Assembly (NCBI RefSeq): GCF_001194135.2
Contig: NC_069000.1
Location: forward strand, 16,221,364 to 16,257,073
Source of the DNA: Octopus bimaculoides
Lineage: Eukaryota
Reading direction: 5' to 3'
DNA length: 35,710 bases
The position numbers and the translations under genes are program-made. Below, one piece after another: positions 23,804-34,565 of the stretch (positions within the stretch are counted from its first letter, which is position 1; each line of letters starts with the position of its first letter). Below the pieces are notes generated by a model. The model saw only the letters and a list, made by a program, of their open reading frames with translations, had not been told where the DNA came from and did no database searches.

Positions 23804-24106
23804 TGAAACCTTACATGCATAGTCTGAGAGTTGTTAACCCACCAATTAAAGCGAACAAGATATCGATCTTCAGATGTACAGCATATGTCGGTTCACCTTT
23901 TGGTAATACTGACTTTGTATGGCTTGAAAAAAGACATCGTGGTATAAATATACATGTGAATCAAGTATATATTCTACAACGTGACACGTGTTCAATTCCA
24001 GCAGTGTCACTTTATAATTACACTGTAAAAGAGAGAGACATTGGCAGTACAAGCATCTCATGTCTTGTCGAAGATGTATCAATCACTAAAATACTCGACC
24101 CAGCAG
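23804..24106 (+). CDS. Gene 2 Ig-like domain 2 exon
   Basis: TTTCAG|TG acceptor and G|GTAAAG donor; 303 nt. IFRCTAYVG, DFVWLE, DTC, YNYTVKE, SISC. Confidence 0.92.
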
Positions 24107-24968
24107 GTAAAGAAGTTTGTTTTTTTTTGTTGTTGTGTTACCCTCGTTATCGCTTTAACATATTCTTGTTCTTTTACATCTATTAAGCACTGATGCCGCA
24201 TCTCCTGAAACGATATTTCTGGTTAAATTATACCTTTCAATGAGTTTGTACATCCACGAACGGTTACCTTGACAAGTATATTTATCCTTGACACGTATAT
24301 CATTACGATCAACCAAGTTTAGGTATTTGCCTTTTACGATTATAGATAGATTTAGCTGACATAAAAAGCTGCTACCTGTAAGAGCCCTGCACTACCAAAT
24401 GCACTTCATATACCATGGACTGAATAAAATGCTCCTGAACGCGGGAATTGTAGTGGAAAGGTCCCATACAAGTACGGAAAAGCGGACTTACCCTTTATAA
24501 ATACATACATACACCACTCGCACACGTATGCACGTATATACACACACACACACACACACATACACAACGACTTTCACTAAAACTCGCAACATAAACAATT
24601 CAACCGGTTCCCGCAAATTGAGAAAATGAGAATACTTCACGAGAATGCTTCAGTTTGTCTGACTGACATACAATAGGTACTATAGCTCATATTCCACAGT
24701 TGATGAACTAGCGGCAGGAAAATATAACGTGGCAAATAAACACAAAAATAAATAAATATGACTTCTACAAAGAAAAACTTTCCAATACAAGTCTTAAAGA
24801 TTTATATAAAACAAAGCAAAAAAAAAATATTGATTGAATTTCAGTTGAGGATCGAATTTTGATCATACTTTTCGATTGTAGCCATGGTCATATATATACA
24901 CATTTTGATTTGATTCCGCTTTCCAATTTGGAAAAAGATCCTTGAAAACTAAGATCGAACATTAAATA

Positions 24969-25174
24969 CAGTAATCCTTCGCCATATCGCGTTACACCTA
25001 TCGCGCACTCAGTACATCCTGTATTATTCTGGCTAATATTTGTCAATTTATATCGAGGCTCCTCAGTATATCGCAAGTTTCTGCGGTCGATAGGTATTTT
25101 AATTTTTTTTAGATTTTAATTATTTCCGTGGGAGGTTCTGGAACGTAACACTCATGATAGACGAGGGATTACTG
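24969..25174. mobile_element. 206-bp Tc1/mariner-superfamily (pogo/Tigger-type) MITE
   Basis: TA|cagtaatccttcg ... cgagggattactg|TA terminal inverted repeats with a TA duplication. Absent at the paralogous gene 1 sites. Confidence 0.85.
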
Positions 25175-25224
25175 TATTATGTTTCTATTTACCATTTTGT
25201 TTTCTTTTTTTTTTTTATCTCCAG

Positions 25225-25263
25225 GAAATGATTGGAATCATTTCGGACAAACAGATAATGCAG
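25225..25263 (+). CDS. Gene 2 stalk micro-exon (G)NDWNHFGQTDNA
   Basis: CTCCAG|GA acceptor and G|GTATTT donor; 39 nt, phase 1-1. Confidence 0.78.
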
Positions 25264-25546
25264 GTATTTTTTATCTTTTAACACTTTCTGCTTTCATTTA
25301 TTGGACTGTGGCTGTGCTAGGTCATATTCTTAAATGGTTTTCGTCGAACAAATTGACACCAGAACTTATTGTATCGTTCTCTATTGCCGAACAGATAAGT
25401 TACGGGTACGGAAACAAACCAATATTGGTTCTCAATTGGTGGTGGGGAAGAAATACTAAGACACATACAGATGTGCATACATACATACATACATACATAC
25501 ATGCATACATACATACATATATACATACATACACACGCTCTCTCTT

Positions 25547-25582
<36 letters not shown>

Positions 25583-26199
25583 GCACACACACACACACAT
25601 ACACACATAACACAGACGTATACACAGAGTGCAGTGAATATATTATCGTCTAAATTATACAAAAATGAAAATAACACTGACATCTCATTTTAACAGAGGT
25701 TACCTCTTCCCAGTTCTTGTCTATTAAAATTACATAAAAATATCTTGAAATACTAAAGAGTAAATTTATTCTACACCTCTTTAGTATCGTTATAATCCGG
25801 CTAATTGCTGACGTCATTTGAACTTTTTCATCTCTATTATTGTCTCACACCACACAGTTTCTCGACACAGCCATCACCATTCACAAATGTAATCATTAAA
25901 TCAGCCCCCTCTTGGACGCTAGTCTTCCAACTACGTACCAACTTTCATGTATACCATGATAGTTGACCAACGTCTCTGCAACATTCGACAGGCGATATGA
26001 AGGAGTGATTTCCAGGCAATTAAAAATTTCAGGAGCTGCCATTTTCATTCCAATTTTTCCAAATCGTGCAGCCTCATTGCAGTGATGAAACGACTCTGAG
26101 AGTTCAGAAGTTTGAATGGTTGTTCAAATGATTAGTTATGCCATCGATTAGTTGATTGGTTAATGGATTAACTAGTTCACTAAGAATAAAAATAAGTGA

Positions 26200-27050
26200 A
26201 ATATCCAGGTGTTTACAGACGCAAAAATTAACGAAAGGAACGCATTGGACTTAGGGATTGGTAACTGAATATATAGGCCCATGCCATCCAGTAGCGACTT
26301 GAGGAGCTGGATAGAGAGGCCTGTTAAATTGCTCAGGGGTTGGTTTGGTCTAATCTTCCAGATAGACAAGAACTGGGAAGATGTAACCTCATGTAATTTC
26401 GCTTGCCTGTCGTGCCTTGCTCCACTTCATGGCTGACAACAGTAAAAAGCTTGCTGTTTAGCTTTCTGTGGAGGGAACGTGTTCCGCTTTTCACATGGTA
26501 TGTTTAATAGTTATATACACTGCATAGAGTACAGCGCATGCTGTGACTAACTATGCGCTGATATGCACTGAGGATACGACAGCTCGAGCATTTGTTTGAC
26601 AGTGAGCAATTATGGATGCCGTTTGCTAGATTTCCAAAGCATGTCTCTTTGATAGTTTTACTGTCTTGGATCAAGCCTAGACCGAGGCAGGGTGCCTGGC
26701 TTCTACTGCGTCATCGGGCGCTCACAGCCCTCTATTAGCCGGGTAATGTGGTATATGTGTTGAAGCAAGATATTCTATGGAAAATTAGTGTTTAGTCAAA
26801 GCGACAAAGGCCTCAAGGAAACTCAGGGTGCCGATAAAGACCAACTGGCTTTTCATTCTCAAATGTCTTTCGAGCTAGGTTCCATGGATAATCTATAGAA
26901 ATCTCTTGCCTAGCAGCAGTGCAAAAGAATATCATTGGCGAATACTGCCAACCGCGATTGTCCTAGATGCTCACTGTGTGATGAAACTGTTCTGCATGCA
27001 CTCGCACAATGCTTGAGCATCGATGATTTTTGGAGTAATACTAGGGTCGA
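26200..27050 (+). mobile_element. Degenerate L1/Tx1-like LINE ORF2 fragment in the last intron of gene 2
   Basis: QIDKNWEDV, a FLWRERVP-like motif, and DCPRCSLCDETVLHALAQC..W (zf-RVT-like CCHC). Confidence 0.65.
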
Positions 27051-27121
27051 TACTGGAATCGATTTTCTCCCCACCCACTAATATTTCTGGTCTTACACCA
27101 AACTTTTTCTGTTTATTGCAG

Positions 27122-27198
27122 ATAAATTGTGTGAAGCAAATATTACTAAACTTTTAGCACTTGCTGCACTCCTGCTTTTCCTTGGCAAACATCGTTAA
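27122..27198 (+). CDS. Gene 2 terminal exon (D)KLCEANITKLLALAALLLFLGKHR*
   Basis: TTGCAG|AT acceptor, in phase. Paralog of 16830-16909; the downstream UTR also aligns. Confidence 0.85.
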
Positions 27199-27904
27199 GG
27201 ATTTCGAGGAAAAAACAAAACAGAACAGAAACAACCTGGTTAGCTTTATATGTTTCATTTTCCTTTCCGTAATTTTGTTATCCTTGTATAAAATATGATT
27301 GATTTTGTTTGTTCTCACTGCCTTCCTTTTTCTTTTAATCTCATCGTTGACGTCATCATCTTTCTTTAATGTTTAGATTAGCATTCACCAAGCAAAAGCA
27401 TTTGATCAATGAGACGAAGATCATCTCAACTGGTTCTCTTTTACTTATTTCATGCAATGGACTGCGGCCATGCTTGGTCACCACCTTGAAATGTCGAACA
27501 AATAAATCGCACTACTTATTTCAAGTCTGGTACTTATTCTATCGCCCACTTTTGCCAAACCGCTATGTTATGGGGACGTATACAAGAAACACGTGTTGTC
27601 ATGCGCTGACTGGAGTCACACACGTACATACATACATACATACATACATACATACATACATACATACATACATGCATGCATGCTCATCTACCTACTTAGC
27701 TACCTACCTACCTACCTACATACATACATACATACATACATACATGCATGCATGCTCATCTACCTACTTAGCTACCTACTTACCCACCTACCTACCTACC
27801 TACCTACCTACCTACCTACCTACCTACATACATACATACATACATACATACATACATGCGTACATACAAACATACATAAAGCTAATGATCTGGGAAAAGG
27901 AGAA

Positions 27905-28075
27905 GGAGGCGAGCTGGTAAAATCGTTAGAACACCGAACAAAAAGCTTAGCAGTATTTCGTCCACCGCCGAGGCTGACTTTGCCTTTCATCCTCTCGGGG
28001 TCGACTAAATAAGCACCAGTTGTGTACTGGCCCCTTCCCCCTAAATTTCAGGTCTTGTACCTATAATAGAACAGA
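27905..28075 (+). mobile_element. Degenerate SINE (family A)
   Basis: ggcgagctggtaaaatcgttag..gactttgcctttcatcctctcggggtcgact. Confidence 0.8.
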
Positions 28076-28084
28076 TCTATGAAA

Positions 28085-28530
28085 AGGAAAATACTGTGAA
28101 AAGGAGACCTATTGAAAAATCTTCAGTTGCTCTATCCCGGTTGCAAGGTTAGGTTTATGCCTGTAATTATCAGGGCAATGGGATATGTAACACACTACCT
28201 AAATTATCACTCTTCAGGAATTAGGCTTCTCAAAATCAGAAAGGAGAAAGCTGATTCAAAGTCTACGAATCCAATCATGTCTAGATATGCAAGAATATGC
28301 ATGAGAAGTCGTACATAAAACAAAACATACAAATCTGCACCTATACATACATGCATACATACATACATACATACATACATACATACATACATACATACAT
28401 ACATACGTACGTACGTACGTACGTACATACATGCATACAAAAATACCCTGTCGTTGATGTAGAGATTCCAAAGAAGGAGTCTTGGATCTAGATTAGAAAC
28501 CGGCTTTTTCTTTATTGGCAAGAAATCTTA
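28085..28530 (+). mobile_element. 3' end of a degenerate non-LTR element, paralogous to 1-300
   Basis: Reads LQLLYPGCKVRFMPVIIRAMGYV..GFSKSERRKLIQ, resembling the C-terminus of restriction-like-endonuclease LINEs. Confidence 0.5.
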
Positions 28531-28563
28531 AAATAATATTGAATAATGACATATATATACATA

Positions 28564-29452
28564 CGTGGTCTGTCCAATAAGTATCGGGGCTGTTGCCATA
28601 GTAACAAAGCTAAACCACGCAGAGTGAAGCTGCTTGATTCACCTTGAACTCCGCTTTGCATGCGCACTAAGTTTTACCGTTCTAGCTCATTTGTCCTGTG
28701 TACAGTAGTGGTTCGAAGAAAGGTGTATAGCGTGTGATCGTCGCATTGCCCATGATAGAGAAAGTTGAGCAGAGAATCTGCATCAAATTTTGCCAAAATC
28801 TTGGCGATACTTGCCCAGAGGCCTATGCAAAGTTTTCAAAAGATTTTCATCGTTCTCGATACAGTCAAGAAGATCTTGTGCAACTGAAACCCGAGTGTCA
28901 TTTTGGTCAGCTGTAAACAGTTCTGGCAAAACCTTGGCAGACACGCGTCTCATACCCAAATCTTCTGTGATAATGAACTGAACTGAACCGTAACTAGTCT
29001 GCACATCCTCTGAAACCCACGGATGGTGATTCGACGATTTCCCCTTACAGCTGCACGCACATCTGCGATGTTTTTCTTAGTTCTGCTAGTTTCGGGTCTC
29101 TCAGATCGTTCGTCAATATCGACATATTTTCGGCCATCTTGGAAACGTCTGAACCACTCGGACACTTGTCTATGGCTCATAAACTCCTCTATATACACTT
29201 TTTTGCAACTTAGCGTAGGCCTCTGAGCATGTATCGCTATTACAACTTTATCTGTCATGGTCAATGCGACGATCACACGCTACACGCCTTCCTTCCAAGC
29301 ACTGCTTTAAACAGCGGAAGTCAGCTAGAACATTAAAACTTATTGTGTATGCACAGCAGAGTTCAAGGTCAATCTTAGCCAAGTGGCTTGACTTTGTGTG
29401 TTGTAGCTTCGTTACTATGGAAACAGTCCGGATAAGTATTGATCAGACCTCG
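28564..29452. mobile_element. Non-autonomous mariner derivative with TA TSD and two inverted 5' ends
   Basis: TA|cgtggtctgtccaataagtatcggggctgttgccatagtaac versus gttactatggaaacagtccggataagtattgatcagacctcg|TA. Minus-strand transposase: VSEWFRRFQDGR..DERSERP..NRRITIR and LGMRRVSAKVLP. Confidence 0.92.
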
Positions 29453-30511
29453 TACATACATATATAGTATCTTTCTACATTGGCAACGGTTTCTTTTTCA
29501 TAGGATATTGTCTGATGAACCCCTTCAGCGAAACTTCCAAGTCACAGTTAAGTCACATTTTCCTGGAAATAAATATTCAACACCACACTATGTATTGAGT
29601 GCTTTCTCTATTTACTGCTCGTTGAATTCTGATATTGAAAACATATATAAATGTGTGTGTGTATGTGTGAACACGTATGTGTACCTATGCTCTCGTACAC
29701 ATGCTTCTAAATAGATATAACAAAACAAATTTTCACCTGGAAGTACATAGAGTCTATCTTGTTTTCCCAACTAGAATCTGCTTTCTACAAGGAAGGATAA
29801 GTATATATAAGAACGACACACACTTTTCTATTGATAGGTGTAGTGTAGCGATACTAGAAAGGTATAGGAAAATGTTTAAATTCTTTGGAAATTTTGGTCT
29901 ATCAATCCCAATGGGAACAGATTGCAGATCAGCTAATTTTCTAGATCTATCAGCCTGAAATACAGGATTATATGCACTTCACCATAATCCAAACGAGACT
30001 CTTAGGAATGTGAACACTTTCTCACACCATCCCTGTGCAATTATAAACACTACTAGCAGAGATACCCGGCGTTGCTTGGGATTAAAATGGCATAGTTGTT
30101 TTTTTAAATATATATAAATTACTTTTATATATAAATTATTGCTTGTTGTGTTCAGAGGAGTCAGCTTCGGCACAGGCAGTTAATGCAGATCTCATCAATA
30201 CCTTATGATAGAGCAGAAGTTGTTGACATGGAAAACGTGTTATGCAAGACTGCTTTACTGAAGCTAATGAAACATGTGAAAACTAAACCATAAACGGAGT
30301 TAGTTGACTCCATTCTTTAATGCTCTTATGTTATGTGTGCGTGGGATGTGTTTGTATATGTATTCATGTATATAATGTGTCTGTATGTAAGTATGCATAT
30401 ATATATATATATATATANNNNNNNNNNNNNNNNNNNNNNNNNNNNNNNNNNNNNNNNNNNNNNNNNNNNNNNNNNNNNNNNNNNNTTACCTGTAATTTGG
30501 GATTTTGTCCC

Positions 30512-30562
<51 letters not shown>

Positions 30563-30834
30563 CATGTATGTATGTATGTATGTATGTATGCACGTATGTA
30601 TGTATGTATGTATGTATGTGTGTATGTATGAATATATATTGTGCTTGTATACCCCAAATAATGCATTGTAGCTCAATTGTTTGAACATGGTGTACGCAAG
30701 ATCGGACGGTCAACAGGAAAGGGGAATGCTGGTAGATGGCTGAGTGTAATGACATTTGTCAGATTCAGCCTCGATAGCTCATTCAGCAACAATAGCTCAT
30801 ACAGATAACTCTGCTCGGTTACCGAATACAACTG

Positions 30835-31100
30835 TGGCAGGAAAGAAGCTGAGAACTTTCAAGAAGCAGTACAAAGCATCCAGTGAAGAGGAACAGTAAC
30901 CTGCTAAGCAGAGTTAGGAAACATTCTGAGGAAGAAACTGATAACTTGTCGCTAAGCACAATGTCATAGAATTCGAAGACAAAGGAGCCAAAGAACGTAC
31001 AGTGTTCATTCCCAACCTGTTCTGCTTCACCAGTAAGTTACTTGGAGATATGTGTAGCAGCAATCCTGAATGCTCACCGGGTCGGTTAGACACCACTTTT
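30835..31100 (+). mobile_element. Hero/NeSL-like non-LTR fragment (paralog of 5100-5400)
   Basis: KLRTFKKQYKASSEEE..LGNILRKKL..ERTVFIPNLFCFTSKLLG across frameshifts. Confidence 0.5.
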
Positions 31101-31594
31101 TCCCAACTGCCTGGGTGACCCTGCGGGAGCCTGGACAAGATATAACCCTAATAAACCTATCACCTCTCCCTTCCCTAACAACTCACTTTGACGTGAATCA
31201 ACTGAGTTGGAGAAAATACCGGGAAGTTAAGGCAGTCTCCCCATTGAGGGGAGTGCCGTATCGAGTGCCGTATTGGAAAATCAATTAGGAAAAATACCAA
31301 CTAACTGTATTAAAAAAAAAAGAAACTGTTTTTACCGTTTCTCTCCCTCTTCCTCTTTCCCTCTGCCTCTATCTTTTTCTCTCTTTCCCATGGAGTTTTT
31401 TTTATACTCTTTCATTCTAACATTTATTTGTCTTCTTATCTCCCTTTCTCACTTTCACTTTTATATTTCTGTCGTCGCTTTCCTCACACGCGTTCTTGGT
31501 GGCCGTTTTTTTCTTAATCACAATACTTCTTACTCATTCGCTTATTATATTGATACTCACTGTCGTCCTTTTCTCTCTTTGTTTGTATATGTGT

Positions 31595-31636
<42 letters not shown>

Positions 31637-31700
31637 TTGTGTGTGTGTGTGTGTGTGTGTTTGTGTGTGTGTGTGCGTGTGTGTGTGTGTNNNNNNNNNN

Positions 31701-31744
<44 letters not shown>

Positions 31745-32096
31745 GTTTTTACTTTGTCAAACTGTTTTCTATGTGTTCTACATGACTTCTCGAAGCACAA
31801 AATAAGTAACAGAGAGAAAGAAAGAAAGAAAGAAAGAAAAAAGAGAGAGAGAAGGGGAGAGAGAGCGAGAGAAGCAAACTATCAGATGAGATAATCTCAG
31901 CTTCAGTCAAACTTCAAGCTTCACTCCTCTCTCATTCACACTTACATATATGGCGCTTTCCTTTCCATTTTTGTTGTGTTTTATCATTTCGACTACACTT
32001 TGTATTAGACACATCTTTTCGTAATATTTATGGTGTCTGGGAGCCGACGATCATTTCTAATTCTTCCTTATACTGGTCTCTCTCTCAAGAACAACG

Positions 32097-32145
32097 ATGT
32101 TGTTAGCTATGATGATACTGATGATGGCTTCTGACACTTTCGCCA
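32097..32145 (+). CDS. Gene 3 signal-peptide exon (MLLAMMILMMASDTFA)
   Basis: ATG at 32097; phase-1 donor A|GTAAGT; the first 12 residues are identical to gene 1. Confidence 0.88.
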
Positions 32146-32308
32146 GTAAGTTTAAACTAAGAAAAATATTATTTTCTTCAGTTTCAACGCTGTATCTGCC
32201 TGTTTTCAATTTAATGCTTTGATCGTCGCAAGACGCACTATATAAGTGCCTACATACATACATACATACATACATACATACAACCATACATACACACCTA
32301 CATACATA

Positions 32309-32359
<51 letters not shown>

Positions 32360-32475
32360 TATACATGTATATCTATATAACTTTTACATCTACATTATAT
32401 AAATATATATAGCACGCATGCATCTACATATATATAATATATATAAATACATATATATTTATATATGTATGTATG

Positions 32476-32708
32476 TTATTTCTTTACTACCCACAGGGGG
32501 CTACACACAGAGGGGACAAACAAGGACAGACAAACGGATTAAGTCGATTACATCGACCCCAGTGCGTAACTGGTACTTATTTAATCGACCTCGAAAGGAT
32601 GAAAGGCAAAGTCGACCTCGGCGGAATTTGAACTCAGAACGTAGCGGCAGACGAAATGCCGCTAAGCATTTCGCCCGGCGCGCTAACGTTTCTACCAGCT
32701 CGCCGCCT
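32476..32708 (-). mobile_element. Full-length SINE (family A)
   Basis: Reverse complement of the 17922-18151 family, ending in ccagctcgccgcc. Confidence 0.92.
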
Positions 32709-33003
32709 TGTATGTATGTATGTATGTATGTATGTATGTAGGTAGGTAGGTAGGTAGGTAGGTAGGTATGTACGTACGTGCGTAGCATGTGTGAGCGTGC
32801 ATGCGTTTTATGTTGTTTGCAGGTATTCAAACAAGAAACAAAATGTGCAGTCACTATTTGTATAAGAGTAAATTTAGAATCATCACAGTTTTTCTAATAG
32901 TTCGTAATGTTTTCGTCGAAGAGGCGTTCATCGCATATCCATTACACATTATATATTATCTGATATTCATCGTTTTAGACCATTGTTGCGTGACATACAT
33001 ACA

Positions 33004-33058
<55 letters not shown>

Positions 33059-33372
33059 TGGCTGCGTCTCATGTTTCCGAGCTTGCAATCCAGTTCATTT
33101 TCCTGGGTGTTTGAAGCGCAGATGGCTCTGTAATCCAAGGGTTGCATGAAACATACGGGGACATTGTGGACAAGGGATAGAAGGAGCTGGTTTGGGAAGG
33201 AGAAAGCGCTGCTTTCTCTCCCGTCTCTTGAGTTCAGCTCTTGCGACTCGGGCTTTCTTGAAGTCCGCAGAACCTATTTTGATGGTGTGTCTCCAGAGGG
33301 GTCTGTTTGCCGAGATATCTTCCCAATGTGCAGGGTCGATGCTGGTGCTTTTCAGGGTTGGCAAGAAACCTT
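33004..33372 (-). mobile_element. 5'-truncated RTE (BovB-like) LINE 3' end with an (ACT)n tail
   Basis: Minus strand IDPAHWEDISANRPLWR..CPQCPRMFHATLGLQSHLRFKH* (C2H2 finger), stop at 33095, short UTR, then an (ACT)n tail at 33004-33058. Confidence 0.85.
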
Positions 33373-33374
33373 GA

Positions 33375-33790
33375 GGTTTCTTCCATACCGACAACATGAC
33401 CCACAAGAATGGAAGGATTTTCATAACCATTATGTGATAACACAGATTTGAAGCTAACCTTACTCGAGTCTATAAACATCCTCCATTCATTAGCCACATG
33501 CACATGTCCTAGTTTTTGCATGGGTGCATTAATATCAGTACAGACACAAGCATTATTTTCTTGCTTGAAAAAAGCAGATAAGCCTTCATGGCGAGAACGG
33601 AAAATGGAAATTTTCGTACCTTGTTGTAGGAGATTCCGTTGTTGTAGTTTGGATGCCAAAACTTCTGCCCTCTCCTTTGACAATGCTAGGTCTCTTGCTA
33701 AATCGTTCAAAACTTCTTGATTAAACTAGCCTGGCTCATTTTTTTCTTAGAATCAACTACGTACTCTTCATCGTGTGACGTGTCAAAATT
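33375..33790 (-). mobile_element. DNA transposase fragment, probably Chapaev-3-like (CMC)
   Basis: LNDLARDLALSKERAEVLASKL..EWRMFIDSSKVSFKSVLSHNG matches a widespread DDE transposase motif set. The superfamily assignment is from memory. Confidence 0.6.
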
Positions 33791-33879
33791 TTCAAGTGAA
33801 GCATGTGAGACAGGGAACTGGGATAGGGTTCTCGAAGTCACCTATGCACACATACACACACATTAACTCTATCTTTTCT

Positions 33880-33918
33880 TTCTCCTCCTCAACTTTGCTC
33901 TTCGTTTTCTCCTTTATT

Positions 33919-33962
<44 letters not shown>

Positions 33963-34500
33963 TTTTTCTCTCTCTCTTCTGCTTCGTCTTCTTTTACTTT
34001 TCCTTTTCATTTTATTTCTTCTCTTCTCATCCTCCTTCCTCCTTTTTCTTTTTTTTCTCTTCTCATTGTTTCTCCCTTTTCTCTTACTCTCCCTTTTCTT
34101 TTTCCTCCTCGTCTTTAGTGTTCGTTTTCTTTTTTTCTTTCTTTCTATTTTCCCCTTCTCCTGCTCTCCTCCCGCTCCCTTCCTCCTCCTCCAGCTCCCC
34201 TCTTCTTCTTCTTCTTCTTCTTCTTCTTCTTCCTGCTCCCCTCTTCTTCTTCTTCTTCTTCTTCTTCTTCTTCTTCTTCTTCCTCCTCTTCCTGCTCCCC
34301 TCTTCTTCTTCTTCCTCTTCCTGCTCCCCTCTTCTTCTTCTTCTTCTTCTTCTTCTTCTTCTTCTTTTTCTTCTTCTTCCTCCTCTTCCTGCTCCCTTCT
34401 TCTTCTTCTTCCTCCTCTTCCTGCTCCCCTCTTCTTCTTCTTCTTCTTCTTCTTCTTCTTCTTCTTCTTCTTCTTCTTCTTCTTCTTCTTCTTCTTCTCA
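33880..34500 (+). repeat. Pyrimidine-rich compound tract: (CTTT)n, (CTT)n and a cctgctcccct minisatellite
   Basis: Direct reading; almost no purines on the + strand. Confidence 0.9.
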
Positions 34501-34565
34501 GTTGTCCTATAAATATTTCTATATTTGTTTTNNNNNNNNNNTTTTTTTTTTTTTTTTGTATACAG

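Noticed and set aside
24107-24186. Hydrophobic read-through after gene 2 Ig2 (KEVCFFLLLCYPRYRFNIFLFFYIY*)
   Set aside because: T-rich intron composition explains it; the gene 1 equivalent stops after two codons.
25697-25737. Possible alternative terminal exon (E)VTSSQFLSIKIT* after TAACAG
   Set aside because: No paralogous sequence is visible in gene 1, and short AG-to-stop frames arise easily by chance.
29513-29545. ctgatga..gaaa resembling a second hammerhead core
   Set aside because: There is no stem II pairing between the boxes, and the paralogous site near 2045 lacks the motif.
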